The position numbers and the translations under genes are program-made. Source: Acidimicrobiia bacterium (GTDB lineage Bacteria; Actinomycetota; Acidimicrobiia; Acidimicrobiales; JANYDT01). From it: a stretch of 64,000 bases of DNA. The stretch covers positions 11,583 through 75,582 of the forward strand of contig JANOWU010000287.1 in NCBI GenBank assembly GCA_031418035.1, read 5' to 3'. Shown in pieces: positions 36,282-45,278 of this stretch (the stretch's first letter is position 1; each line of letters begins with the position of its first letter). The notes under the pieces are model-generated. The model saw only the letters and a program-made list of their open reading frames with translations, was not told the origin of the DNA and did no database searches.

Positions 36282-37426
36282 CGGGATTCCTTGCGAGGCA
36301 CGTCGATCGGGGAAGTGATCGTGGGGTTTGCGAGAAGTGGAACTGTCTTCGAATCCGACACAGCGCGGCGACGCGAAGAAGGTCGCGGCACCGTCGCTGT
36401 GTCTGGAGTGCCGGCGGGACCGGCCTTTTCGAAGGTGCGGGCGACGACGCTCGTCGCACGCGGGTTACGGGCCTGTTCGGCCGGGGAGGCGCGCAAGACG
36501 CCTCGTCGTACCATCCGACCCCGGGGAAGGGCGCCGCAGACACACGGCAAGTCGGAAGGACACGAACAACCACCGGTTTCGGCAAAGCGAAACCGGTCTT
36601 TGACAATGCGATCTTCACCGGAGTGATAGCTCAACACCACGAGTCGCCCGCTGGGGGCGAGCACGTCGATGGCGGCGTCGATCGCTGGTGCGAGCACACG
36701 AAGTTCGTCGTTGACCTCGATGCGCAACGCTTGGAATGTTCGCTTCGCCGGGTGCCCACCAGTCCGACGGGTCGCGGCCGGGATCGCGGCAGTCACGATT
36801 TCGGCGAGTGCAGCCGTCGTGTGGATGGGTCGGTGGGCGACAATGGCGCGAGCGATGCGGTCGGCGAAGCGTTCGTCGCCGTACTTCGAGATCAGGTGGC
36901 GAAGTTCGGCCGGCGTCGAACCGTTCACGATCTCCGCGGCCGTGGGCCCGCTGGAGGTATCCATCCGCATGTCCAGAGGAGCATCGAAGCGATAGGAGAA
37001 CCCGCGCTCGGCGATGTCGAATTGTGCGGAGCTCACCCCAAGGTCGAAGAGCACGCCCGTGACCGGAACCGTCGGGTCGACCGCCGTGCGGATCGCGTCG
37101 AACCGAAGATGACGCACCGACGCCCGGTTGCCGAATCGGGCGAGACGATGCTGGGCGACTTCGACGGCAAACTGGTCACGGTCGAGTCCGATGAGCGTCA
37201 GATCCGAGCGGGACTCCAGGATGGCTGCTGCGTGTCCCGCGCCCCCGCAGGTCGCATCGATGATCGCACCGGCGGGGACGGCGGCGAACGCCTCCACCAC
37301 TTCGTCGCGTAGTACCGGGACGTGGTGAAACGACTCGTCGGTGAACGTCACCGTACGCACGTCCCCTCGGTCGCGCACAGAGAACCGGAAGACGTGATCG
37401 AGTGCGTCGACGAGAGGGACATTCAT
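36278..37426 (-). CDS. rsmH: 16S rRNA (cytosine1402-N4)-methyltransferase
   Basis: HVPVLRDEVVEAF, DATCGGAGH, GVLFDLGVSSAQFD and SYHSGEDRIVK. I set the start at ATG 37426, an ATGA overlap with the mraZ stop. It has a ~60-aa Pro/Thr-rich C-terminal tail. Confidence 0.95.
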   Translation of the reverse strand: MNVPLVDALDHVFRFSVRDRGDVRTVTFTDESFHHVPVLRDEVVEAFAAVPAGAIIDATCGGAGHAAAILESRSDLTLIGLDRDQFAVEVAQHRLARFGNRASVRHLRFDAIRTAVDPTVPVTGVLFDLGVSSAQFDIAERGFSYRFDAPLDMRMDTSSGPTAAEIVNGSTPAELRHLISKYGDERFADRIARAIVAHRPIHTTAALAEIVTAAIPAATRRTGGHPAKRTFQALRIEVNDELRVLAPAIDAAIDVLAPSGRLVVLSYHSGEDRIVKDRFRFAETGGCSCPSDLPCVCGALPRGRMVRRGVLRASPAEQARNPRATSVVARTFEKAGPAGTPDTATVPRPSSRRRAVSDSKTVPLLANPTITSPIDVPRKESR

Positions 37427-37830
37427 TCGCCACCCTCTCCATAGAAGGCCTCGTGACGAGACTTTTCCCAGATCTCCAGACGATTCCGAGCACCGATGAG
37501 ATAGAGCGGCTGCGAACTCCCAAGGGTGAAGCCACCCTTGCGACGCAGGTTCTCCGAGATGGCAAAACGGAACTGTCCGTCGAGCTTGATCTCGTGGGCG
37601 TTCTTCGTGAACTCGCGAAACGCACGTGCATCTTCGGGGCTGTCGTGTTCCTTGGCCTGTTTTGCGGCGGCACGCGCATCCCATTCGGCTTCCGGCCACA
37701 CGCCGAGCTCGCCGAAGTCTCCAAGCGCCACCATCAGCTTCGTGTGTTCGAGGTCAGCACGGAAGACCGAGGGCAACACAATGCGCCCCTTGTCATCCAG
37801 CTTTTGCTCGAACTCCCCGACTAATCGCAT
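37423..37830 (-). CDS. mraZ: Transcriptional regulator MraZ
   Basis: Duplicated SpoVT/AbrB-like halves, with LDDKGRIVLPSVFR in the first and LDGQFRFAISENLR in the second. It is the first gene of the dcw cluster. Confidence 0.9.
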   Translation of the reverse strand: MRLVGEFEQKLDDKGRIVLPSVFRADLEHTKLMVALGDFGELGVWPEAEWDARAAAKQAKEHDSPEDARAFREFTKNAHEIKLDGQFRFAISENLRRKGGFTLGSSQPLYLIGARNRLEIWEKSRHEAFYGEGGE

Positions 37831-37907
37831 ATCTACCGGCTTGGGACCTAACTACGTCGTGATGTGATGAACCGCAGACAAAACGACCGAAAAACGAGCG
37901 TCTTCTT

Positions 37908-37954
37908 CCACTTGGCTCCCTGAACAGGGATACCGTACCACTTTGCTCCACTTC
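37908..37954 (-). promoter_or_regulatory. Candidate MraZ operator: three helically phased AAGTGG direct repeats upstream of mraZ
   Basis: On the mraZ strand: GAAGTGG (37954..37948), AAAGTGG (37944..37938) and AAGTGG (37913..37908). Start-to-start spacing is 10 bp and 30 bp. The boxes lie 78-124 nt upstream of the mraZ ATG. The palindrome TCCCTG-AA-CAGGGA (37917..37930) sits between box 2 and box 3. Confidence 0.45.
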
Positions 37955-38111
37955 GTCACCAGATTGCAGACGTTTTTCCGGCAATATCCGTCGGTTTTGC
38001 GGGGAGGAATTCCCAAGCGAATGTGGTTACTCGAACAGGCGTACGGATACCAGAACAAACGTACGAATCGGCGATTCGACAACGTCGGTCCCGTGGAAGA
38101 ATCGAACACCG

Positions 38112-38822
38112 ATGGGCATGCGAACGGTGGTCGGGGAAGACCAACACGACACCGCCCGCCGGGCGGCCCACGACATCGCGGCGTTGGTTCGCGAGGCTGT
38201 TCAGCACCGGGGAACTGCGTCGTTGGCCGTGAGCGGTGGCTCGACTCCCGGGCTTCTCTTCGATGCGCTTGCCGCACTCGACGTGCCATGGGGGCAGACC
38301 CACGTGTTCCAGGTCGATGAACGCGTCGCACCCGCTTCACACGCCGACCGAAACCTCGTTCAGCTCCAGGAGCGACTCCTGGCCAGGATCGACATCGCGA
38401 CGACCCACGTCCACCCGATACCGGTCGAGCTGTCGACCGCGGGCGACGCTGCTCGAACATACGCGAAGACGATTCGCGAGACCTGCGGCGGAATCTTCGA
38501 CGTCGTCCACCTCGGCCTCGGCGACGACGGCCATACAGCCTCGCTCCTCCCCCACGACCCGGTTCTGGACGTCGCCACCGCGCTGGTGGCAACCACGCGG
38601 CCGTACAACGGACGCCGTCGGATCACGCTCACGTTTCGAGCGCTCGCGCAGGCCCGCGCGCTCGTGTGGCTGGCGACCGGCCCGTCGAAGGCGGAGGCCG
38701 TTGCCCGGCTCTGCGCTCGGGACCAGTCAATTCCTGCGGGCCGGGTTCGCACCCACGGCGCCGAGACGCTCTATATCGACCGCGCGGCGAACGGACCGAG
38801 CGCCCCCGTGGGTGCGCGGTGA
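38112..38822 (+). CDS. pgl: 6-phosphogluconolactonase
   Basis: LAVSGGSTP, FQVDERV and HLGLGDDGHTASL match the 6PGL / glucosamine-6-P isomerase family. Confidence 0.85.
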   Translation: MGMRTVVGEDQHDTARRAAHDIAALVREAVQHRGTASLAVSGGSTPGLLFDALAALDVPWGQTHVFQVDERVAPASHADRNLVQLQERLLARIDIATTHVHPIPVELSTAGDAARTYAKTIRETCGGIFDVVHLGLGDDGHTASLLPHDPVLDVATALVATTRPYNGRRRITLTFRALAQARALVWLATGPSKAEAVARLCARDQSIPAGRVRTHGAETLYIDRAANGPSAPVGAR

Positions 38823-39355
38823 AGGCGCAAGTGACCGAGCCTCGACGCGAGCTGGTGCGGGCGTGTTACCCCGGCACCTTTCATCCTCCGACCGTCGCCC
38901 ATCTCGCCGTCGCTCACGCGGCGATCGAGCAACTGGGCATCGATCAGGTCGTGTTCGTGCTCTCGCGCCAGACGCTCGGCAAGGACGACTCGATCCTCCC
39001 CGCTCCCGTGCACCGCGCTCAGGAACTCAAGTCGCTCACCGAAATCCACGGCGATCGTTTCGACGTCGCGATCTCGAACCATTCGTTGCTGGTCGAGATT
39101 GCGGGCGGGTTCGACTGGGTGATCGTCGGTGCCGACAAATGGCACCAGATCAACGAACTGCGATGGTACGGCAACGACCGCACCCAACGAGACGCCGCCG
39201 TCGCAGCTCTCCCCCGCGTTGCGATCGTTCCGCGGCCGCCGTTCGAGGTCCCCGAACGAACACCCGCACGGACGGTGTTACATATCGCCGTGCATTTCGG
39301 CGAGGTGTCGTCAACAGCGGTGCGCGCCGGTCGACTCGACTGGCGAGCCACATAG
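38819..39355 (+). CDS. NadD-like nucleotidyltransferase (cytidylyltransferase-fold adenylyltransferase)
   Basis: YPGTFHPPTVAHLAV is a (T/H)xxH nucleotidyltransferase motif, and EVSSTAVR is an ISSTxxR-type motif. I set the start at GTG 38819, a GTGA overlap with the pgl stop. The upstream part of ORF 38666..39355 lies inside pgl. Confidence 0.6.
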   Translation: MKAQVTEPRRELVRACYPGTFHPPTVAHLAVAHAAIEQLGIDQVVFVLSRQTLGKDDSILPAPVHRAQELKSLTEIHGDRFDVAISNHSLLVEIAGGFDWVIVGADKWHQINELRWYGNDRTQRDAAVAALPRVAIVPRPPFEVPERTPARTVLHIAVHFGEVSSTAVRAGRLDWRAT

Positions 39356-39416
39356 GTCCGTCCGTTCGAACCATGGAGTTTGGCACCGGTGCACGATTCA
39401 GTGCTGTGATGGTGTG

Positions 39417-40238
39417 ATGCCCGAAAGCACCGCTCCCGCTGAGTCCACCGACGAGATCACCACGGAGATCGACGGTCACGTCGCCATCATCCGGTTCAAC
39501 CGGCCGGAGGCGATGAACACCATTACGGCAAAGATGCTCGACCAGCTCTGTGAGCACCTCCTCGCGGCCGATCGCAATCGCGAGGTCCGCTGCATCATTC
39601 TGACGGGCAAAGGTCGAGCGTTCTGCGCCGGTCTCGACGTGAAGTCCCAAGCCGAGGGGACGGGAATGCTGAACGGCGTCGGCTCGGGTGGCGCCGCGGA
39701 GATCGACATGCGCTTTACGCCGCCAACCGTTCTTCATGAGCTGGATACGCCGATCATCGCCGCCCTGAACGGCGGCGCGGCAGGATACGGGCTCGACCTC
39801 GCTCTGGGTTGCGACATTCGCCTCGCCGCCCGCTCAGCCAAGCTCTCCATGGCGTTCGCCAAACGCGGGATCCTTCCCGAGTCGGGCGGAACATGGCTCC
39901 TGCCCCGACTCGTGGGCTACGCGAAAGCTGCCGAGCTCAGCTTCACCGGACGGACGCTGACCGCCGACGAGGCACTCGGGCACGGGCTCGTCAATCACGT
40001 CGTCAGCGACGGCGATCTGATGGAAACCGCGATGAACATGGCCATCGAAATTTCGGAGAACGCGCCGCTCGCCGTGCGGGCCATAAAGCGCATGATGCGT
40101 ATGGGCGAGACCGAGACCTTCGAACAGAACGTCCACCACGTGTTCCTTCAGCTCCTCCCACTCCTCCGGACGAAGGACTTTCAAGAAGGCATGATGTCGT
40201 ACCTGGAGCGTCGCCCGCCCGTGTTCGAGGGGCGTTAA
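39417..40238 (+). CDS. Enoyl-CoA hydratase/isomerase (crotonase) family protein
   Basis: VAIIRFNRPEAMNT, ILTGKGRAFCAGLDV and AALNGGAAGYGLDLALGCDIR. The start is the in-frame ATG at 39417 (MPESTAP...). Confidence 0.9.
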   Translation: MPESTAPAESTDEITTEIDGHVAIIRFNRPEAMNTITAKMLDQLCEHLLAADRNREVRCIILTGKGRAFCAGLDVKSQAEGTGMLNGVGSGGAAEIDMRFTPPTVLHELDTPIIAALNGGAAGYGLDLALGCDIRLAARSAKLSMAFAKRGILPESGGTWLLPRLVGYAKAAELSFTGRTLTADEALGHGLVNHVVSDGDLMETAMNMAIEISENAPLAVRAIKRMMRMGETETFEQNVHHVFLQLLPLLRTKDFQEGMMSYLERRPPVFEGR

Positions 40239-40356
40239 TCGCTTCGTCAGCCCGTCCACTGCTCGACTCCAAGTCACAGCAATCGCAAGGAATCGGTAGG
40301 CTCTCATATCCGATTGACGGACAGCACGGCCGTCCGAGAAACGAAAAGAGATCTAC

Positions 40357-40857
40357 ATGAGCACAGTTACCCTTGGTGGCAATCCGGTCAACACGTCTGG
40401 CGACCTTCCTGCGGTCGGTTCCGCGGCGCCGGCGTTCTCCCTTACGAAGGGCGACCTCTCCCCTGTCACCAACGCGGACCTTGCCGGAAAGCGCGTTGTG
40501 CTCAACATCTTCCCAAGTGTCGACACGCCCACCTGCGCGACAAGCGTTCGGAAGTTCAACGAGGCTGCCTCGTCGCTCGACAACGCTGTTGTCCTGTGCG
40601 TGTCCGCCGACCTTCCCTTCGCTCAGGGTCGCTTCTGTGGATCCGAGGGACTCGGCAACGTCATGACCGCAAGTTCATTCCGGTCGACCGATTTCGGAAG
40701 CGCCTACGGTGTAACCCTTACTGACAGCGTCTTGCAAGGCCTGCTGGCTCGAGCCGTCGTGGTCATCGACGAAGCCGGCAAGGTTGTTCATACCGAATTG
40801 GTCGGCGAGATTGCGCACGAGCCAAACTACGACGCAGCGCTCGCCGCGTTGAAGTAA
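40357..40857 (+). CDS. tpx: Thiol peroxidase
   Basis: [18 protein letters not shown] (peroxidatic Cys) and [13 protein letters not shown] (resolving Cys). Length is typical at 166 aa. Confidence 0.95.
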   Translation: MSTVTLGGNPVNTSGDLPAVGSAAPAFSLTKGDLSPVTNADLAGKRVVLNIFPSVDTPTCATSVRKFNEAASSLDNAVVLCVSADLPFAQGRFCGSEGLGNVMTASSFRSTDFGSAYGVTLTDSVLQGLLARAVVVIDEAGKVVHTELVGEIAHEPNYDAALAALK

Positions 40858-40875
40858 CCAACCTATTACGTACGC

Positions 40876-41589
40876 TTACGTTATTCGTTGAAGCACACCG
40901 ATGGCTGATTCGATGAGAGCCTGCGGATCCACGCCGATTCCACGTTCACCTACGAGGATCACCGATGGATCAAGCCCCATCGGATCAGCCAACAGGTGCT
41001 GACACGGCGACAGCAACACGCCGACCTGGAAGAGCGCCGCATTTCGCATCCGCCTCTGAGCAATCCCCACCGATTTCGTGCCGGACGCTCCGTGGGTCAC
41101 CTCGCCCGGCCCAAGTCCGGTCCAACACACTTTTCGTTCTAGTGGGTGATGGATCATCGCTGACTGGTGAACCATGGCGAGATCATCGCCGAGCGCCCGC
41201 AGCGATTGCGCGAATGCCTCACCGACCCACCACATTGCCTGGCCGACGTCGTCACTCCACAGTCGATCCGACCGGCCGATGATGATGTCGAACCAAACCA
41301 CCGCCGCAGGATCCAACCAGACCGCTCCCCCTCCACTTCGACGTCGTACGACCGGAACCGACAACGGTTGGATGATGTCCTCCGCAGACTGTGCGCTACC
41401 GAGCACGATCGTGGGCTCCAAAATACGAAGTACGCGTAGTAACCGATGATTGCCGTCTGATGGAGACGCCGCGCTTCGTGCACGTAGAGCCTCCGCTGTT
41501 TCGTCGAACAGCAATGCCGCAGGGCCGATCCGATGCTCAACGTTCCACGTGGCCACGTTCATAGCGCACCGGTCACCGACGAGCAGCAC
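40876..41589 (-). CDS. Biotin/lipoate A/B protein ligase family protein (LplA-like)
   Basis: VLGSAQS, VVRRRSGGGAVWLDP and KSVGIAQRRMRNAALFQVGVLL resemble the BPL/LPL catalytic domain. The start is uncertain (ATG at 41562 possible). Confidence 0.5.
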   Translation of the reverse strand: MLLVGDRCAMNVATWNVEHRIGPAALLFDETAEALRARSAASPSDGNHRLLRVLRILEPTIVLGSAQSAEDIIQPLSVPVVRRRSGGGAVWLDPAAVVWFDIIIGRSDRLWSDDVGQAMWWVGEAFAQSLRALGDDLAMVHQSAMIHHPLERKVCWTGLGPGEVTHGASGTKSVGIAQRRMRNAALFQVGVLLSPCQHLLADPMGLDPSVILVGERGIGVDPQALIESAIGVLQRIT

Positions 41590-41604
41590 CCACGCGAGGG
41601 TGTA

Positions 41605-42828
41605 CTAGGCCGTCGGTTCCCAGTTGGCAAGGTCGGTGAGGCGCTTGTCGTTGGAGAACATCTCCGCAACGGGAATCGAGAGGCCGAGTCGCTTCTGAAG
41701 GCGTTCTACTTCGACGCGTTGGTTCCAGAGCAGCAACGTTGCCACAACGCCTGTCGCTCCCGCACGAGCGGTCCGACCCGCACGGTGCAGGTAGGTCTTG
41801 TGGTCGTCGGGCGGATCGAACTGCAACACACAGTCGACGCCGTCGATGTGCAGGCCGCGGGCCGCGACGTCGGTGGCGACCAGCACGTGGATCTGGCCTT
41901 CGCCGAACTGACGAAGGGCACGGTCGCGACGCGCCTGATCGAGGTCGCCGTGAATCGCTCGGGCCAGCACACCGAGATCCTTGAGGTCGTCGACGAGACG
42001 ATCACAACCCCGCTTCGTATTTACGAACACCAACGCGCGTTCGTAGCTCCCCACGATCGCCGCAACAACCTTCACCCGGTCCATGTCGTGCACGAAGAGG
42101 AATCGATGGTGCGACTGTTCGACCGTGGTGGAGTCACTCTCCATCGTGTGACGGATCGGGTCCGTGAGCTCGTTCTTGATCATGTAGTTGACGTCGGACC
42201 CGAGCGTGGCGGAGAACAGCAGGGTTTGGCGGTCCTTGGGCATCTTGCGCAACAGCCACTCAACGTTCGGAAGAAATCCCATGTCGCACATGCGGTCGGC
42301 TTCGTCGAGGACGAGAAAACGCACGGCGCTCAGATCGATATCGCCTCGCCCGACCAGATCAATCAGACGACCCGGGGTCGCAACAACAACCTCGGCGCCT
42401 TCGTTGAGTTCCTTACGTTGCTTGTCGAACGATGCCCCACCGTAGATGGCGACGACCTTGAGGCCTCGAGCTGCGGAGAGCCAACTCAACTCTTTTTCGA
42501 CCTGCGACGCCAGCTCGCGGGTCGGCACCAGCACCATGGCCGTCGGCGTCTTCGCCGCCGCCGGGGTTACGGCACGGGCAACGAGCGGTATCCCAAAGGC
42601 CAGCGTTTTGCCAGAACCCGTCTTGGCCTGACCGCATACATCGCGCCCGGCAAGCCCGTCGGGGACGGTCAGCGCTTGGACCTCGAATGCCGTGGCAATG
42701 CCCTGTGCGGTGAGGGCTGAGCAGATGTCAGCGGGGACTCCCAACGACTCGAACGTGACGTCTCCGGCAGACGCGTTCGATGAAACAGGGACGGGGACAG
42801 GGGATTCGACGCTCATGGATACCTTCAC
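41605..42828 (-). CDS. DEAD-box ATP-dependent RNA helicase
   Basis: Q-motif region FESLGVP...AFEVQ, AKTGSGKTLAF, VLDEADRM, SAT and HRAGRTARAG. Confidence 0.95.
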   Translation of the reverse strand: MKVSMSVESPVPVPVSSNASAGDVTFESLGVPADICSALTAQGIATAFEVQALTVPDGLAGRDVCGQAKTGSGKTLAFGIPLVARAVTPAAAKTPTAMVLVPTRELASQVEKELSWLSAARGLKVVAIYGGASFDKQRKELNEGAEVVVATPGRLIDLVGRGDIDLSAVRFLVLDEADRMCDMGFLPNVEWLLRKMPKDRQTLLFSATLGSDVNYMIKNELTDPIRHTMESDSTTVEQSHHRFLFVHDMDRVKVVAAIVGSYERALVFVNTKRGCDRLVDDLKDLGVLARAIHGDLDQARRDRALRQFGEGQIHVLVATDVAARGLHIDGVDCVLQFDPPDDHKTYLHRAGRTARAGATGVVATLLLWNQRVEVERLQKRLGLSIPVAEMFSNDKRLTDLANWEPTA

Positions 42829-42881
42829 CCAGGTTAGGAGATCTGACCGGGCTCCTCTGACTCTTCGCCCGGCAGCGTGGC

Positions 42882-44444
42882 TCAGCGTCGACAGATGGTG
42901 TTGTTTTCGGGCAATTCACCCAGAATCAGGTACCGCTCGACGATCTTTCGGATGCAGAGGTTTCCCGAGAGCAGGGCGGTGTGTCCATCGCTTTCGAACG
43001 TGACGAGTCGGCTCGTCACCAGCTGACGGTTCAGCGACTGCGCCCACACGAACGGTGTCGCCGGATCGTTCGTGGTTCCGAGGATCACGATTGGTGCACT
43101 CGACGCGGCCCGCACGGGCCGCGGGGTGGGACCCGTGCTCGGCCAGTACGCACAGACCAGCGTCGAGTACGCAGCGAAGGCCCCGAAATGCGGCGACACC
43201 TTTTCGAATCGCTTCGCCAACGCGTCGTAATCCGCGACATTGGTCGAGTTCGGGAGATCCGTGCAGTTCACCGCAGCATTCGCATCGGAGGTGTTGCGAT
43301 AGTCCCCCTCCGGATTGCGGTCGGCATACAGATCGAACAGTTGGAGCATCGCGCGACCGTCGCCACCGTCGAGCTTGCTCAGCGCCGATCGCAGCCGGGG
43401 CCAACCCACGTTGACGTTGTACAGGGCGGCCAGTACGGCGGTGTACCCCTCGCCCGGTCCGAGGAGTCGCGTTGTCGACTTCTTCTTAAAGACCCATTTC
43501 ACGGGCAGGGGTTTTGCTTCGAACGACGCCATGAGTCGATCGAAGGCACCCATCGGAGTTTCGCCGTTTCGGACGAATCGGCACTTTGTGGACTTGCACG
43601 TCGCCAAGAAATTCGTAAGTGCACGTTCAAACCCGATCGCCTGAAGTTCAGTGCGTCGTTCGATGGTGGCCAGGGGATCGAGTGCACCGTCGAGAACAAA
43701 CCTGCCCACTCGCTTCGGATAGGCGTCGGCATAACGGGCGCCGAGATAGGTCCCATACGAAAAGCCGGCGTAGGAGATCGTTGCCTCGCCGAGCGCCTCG
43801 CGGATGTGGTCCATATCCGCCACGGTGTCGGCGGTCGAGACGTGATCCAAGATGGCGCCATTTCGGGCCTTGCAACCCTCGACGAACTCCTTCGTCGCAT
43901 CCAACAGTTCTTCGCGCTCGGCAGGTGTGTCGGGGTTGGGGTCAGCGGCGAAGAACCGGTCATAGGCCGCGGAGTCGAGGCACCGAATCGGTGCCGATTC
44001 GCCAACCCCGCGCGGGTCCCAGCCGACGATGTCGTAGGACTGTCGGATCTTGTCGAAGATGGGATTCACCGCGAGCTGCGTGGCAAACGTGCGGCCTGAT
44101 GCACCGGGGCCACCGGGATTGATCAACAACACGCCGAGGCGTTTTGATTTCTTCGACGCTCGCACCCGCAGAATAGAAAGCGACACGCCCTCTCCGGCCG
44201 GTTTGGTCCGATCGAGGGGAACGGCCAGACGAGCGCAGTCGTAGTTCTTGTTGTCGTAGCACGGCGACCACACCAACTTCTTGACGGTCACCGCAGTGGT
44301 TGACGACACCGGCGACGTCACGGGTTTGACCGTGGCCAGCGGCCCAACGGTGGTTGCGCCCATGATGAGGGCGGCGAGCCCAACCGCGGCGACTCCGCGG
44401 CGTGTCTTGAATCCTTGGCCCACCCCTCCATTCTTCCCCACCAA
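42882..44444 (-). CDS. Secreted alpha/beta hydrolase (tripeptidyl-aminopeptidase-like)
   Basis: N-terminal KTRRGVAAVGLAALIMGA is Tat-like (RR followed by a hydrophobic stretch). Other motifs are LINPGGPGASG and the nucleophile elbow GFSYGT. Confidence 0.85.
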   Translation of the reverse strand: MVGKNGGVGQGFKTRRGVAAVGLAALIMGATTVGPLATVKPVTSPVSSTTAVTVKKLVWSPCYDNKNYDCARLAVPLDRTKPAGEGVSLSILRVRASKKSKRLGVLLINPGGPGASGRTFATQLAVNPIFDKIRQSYDIVGWDPRGVGESAPIRCLDSAAYDRFFAADPNPDTPAEREELLDATKEFVEGCKARNGAILDHVSTADTVADMDHIREALGEATISYAGFSYGTYLGARYADAYPKRVGRFVLDGALDPLATIERRTELQAIGFERALTNFLATCKSTKCRFVRNGETPMGAFDRLMASFEAKPLPVKWVFKKKSTTRLLGPGEGYTAVLAALYNVNVGWPRLRSALSKLDGGDGRAMLQLFDLYADRNPEGDYRNTSDANAAVNCTDLPNSTNVADYDALAKRFEKVSPHFGAFAAYSTLVCAYWPSTGPTPRPVRAASSAPIVILGTTNDPATPFVWAQSLNRQLVTSRLVTFESDGHTALLSGNLCIRKIVERYLILGELPENNTICRR

Positions 44445-44540
44445 ACACGGAGGTCGTCACCAAACGCAACTCTTCAGTCAGCCCGCTGATCCGACGCACG
44501 TCGCGTCGGATCGAATCGCCTCCGAGTTAGTGTCACTGGG

Positions 44541-45278
44541 GTGAGCACCCTCCGGGTACGAATCGTCGGAACAGGACGAGCGGGCGCGTCGATGGCGAAG
44601 GCCCTCAGCGACTGTCGAGCCGTCGACCTCGTTTCGACGCTGCGCCACGGCGACGATGTGCGTGGTGCCGCGTCGGGGGTTGATGTGTTGATACTGGCCG
44701 TTCCCGATGCGGCAATCTCCGAGGTGGCCGGCCAAATCGACGTCGTGGCCACCACCGTCGTGGTTCACCTCTCGGGCGCCACGACGCTCGACGCCCTCCT
44801 GCCTCATGAACGGCGCGCGTCGCTGCACCCACTCGTTCCGTTGAGCGAACCCGTTTCCGGTGCCGCAGCACTTCGCGGCGCGTGGATGGCTATGTCGGGC
44901 GATGCGGTGATCGAGCAACTTGTCGACGCGCTGGACGCCAAACCGGTTCGTGTGGCCGAGACCGACCGGGTGAGCTACCACGCAGCAGCCGTCATTGCTT
45001 CAAACCACCTCATTGCGCTCCTCGGTCAGGTCGAACGGGTGGCGAAACCGATCGGGGTGCCCATCGATGCCTTTTTGGACCTGGCCGCTGCCGCCGTCGA
45101 GAACACCCGGCGACTCGGACCGGCCCGGGCCCTGCCCGGACCGGTCTCGCGTGGCGATTGGTCGACCGTACGCGCGCATATCGATGCCCTGCCCGCCGCC
45201 GAACGATCGGCGTACGTCACGATGGCGAGAGAGGCAGCGAAGCTGGCCGATCGTGAGTGGCCAGCCGACATCGACTGA
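44541..45278 (+). CDS. Rossmann-fold oxidoreductase-like protein (DUF2520-type C-terminus)
   Basis: RVRIVGTGRAGASMAKAL dinucleotide-binding loop, followed by VLILAVPDAAI. The C-terminal half resembles the DUF2520 / ketopantoate-reductase-like family. The assignment is tentative. Confidence 0.55.
   Translation: MSTLRVRIVGTGRAGASMAKALSDCRAVDLVSTLRHGDDVRGAASGVDVLILAVPDAAISEVAGQIDVVATTVVVHLSGATTLDALLPHERRASLHPLVPLSEPVSGAAALRGAWMAMSGDAVIEQLVDALDAKPVRVAETDRVSYHAAAVIASNHLIALLGQVERVAKPIGVPIDAFLDLAAAAVENTRRLGPARALPGPVSRGDWSTVRAHIDALPAAERSAYVTMAREAAKLADREWPADID

Noticed and set aside
38236-39417. 393-aa Arg/Ser/Pro-rich plus-strand ORF spanning pgl and the NadD-like gene
   Set aside because: It is out of frame with two genes that have clear motifs, and its extreme Arg content marks it as an off-frame artefact. 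The same reasoning applies to minus-strand ORF 37852..38592.
41533-44099. Long ORFs antisense to the DEAD-box helicase (41533..42720) and the alpha/beta hydrolase (42981..44099)
   Set aside because: Both are antisense to motif-rich genes and have no recognisable motifs. Similar antisense or off-frame ORFs at 8986..10236, 31442..32923, 46369..47421 and 58324..59676 were dismissed on the same grounds.
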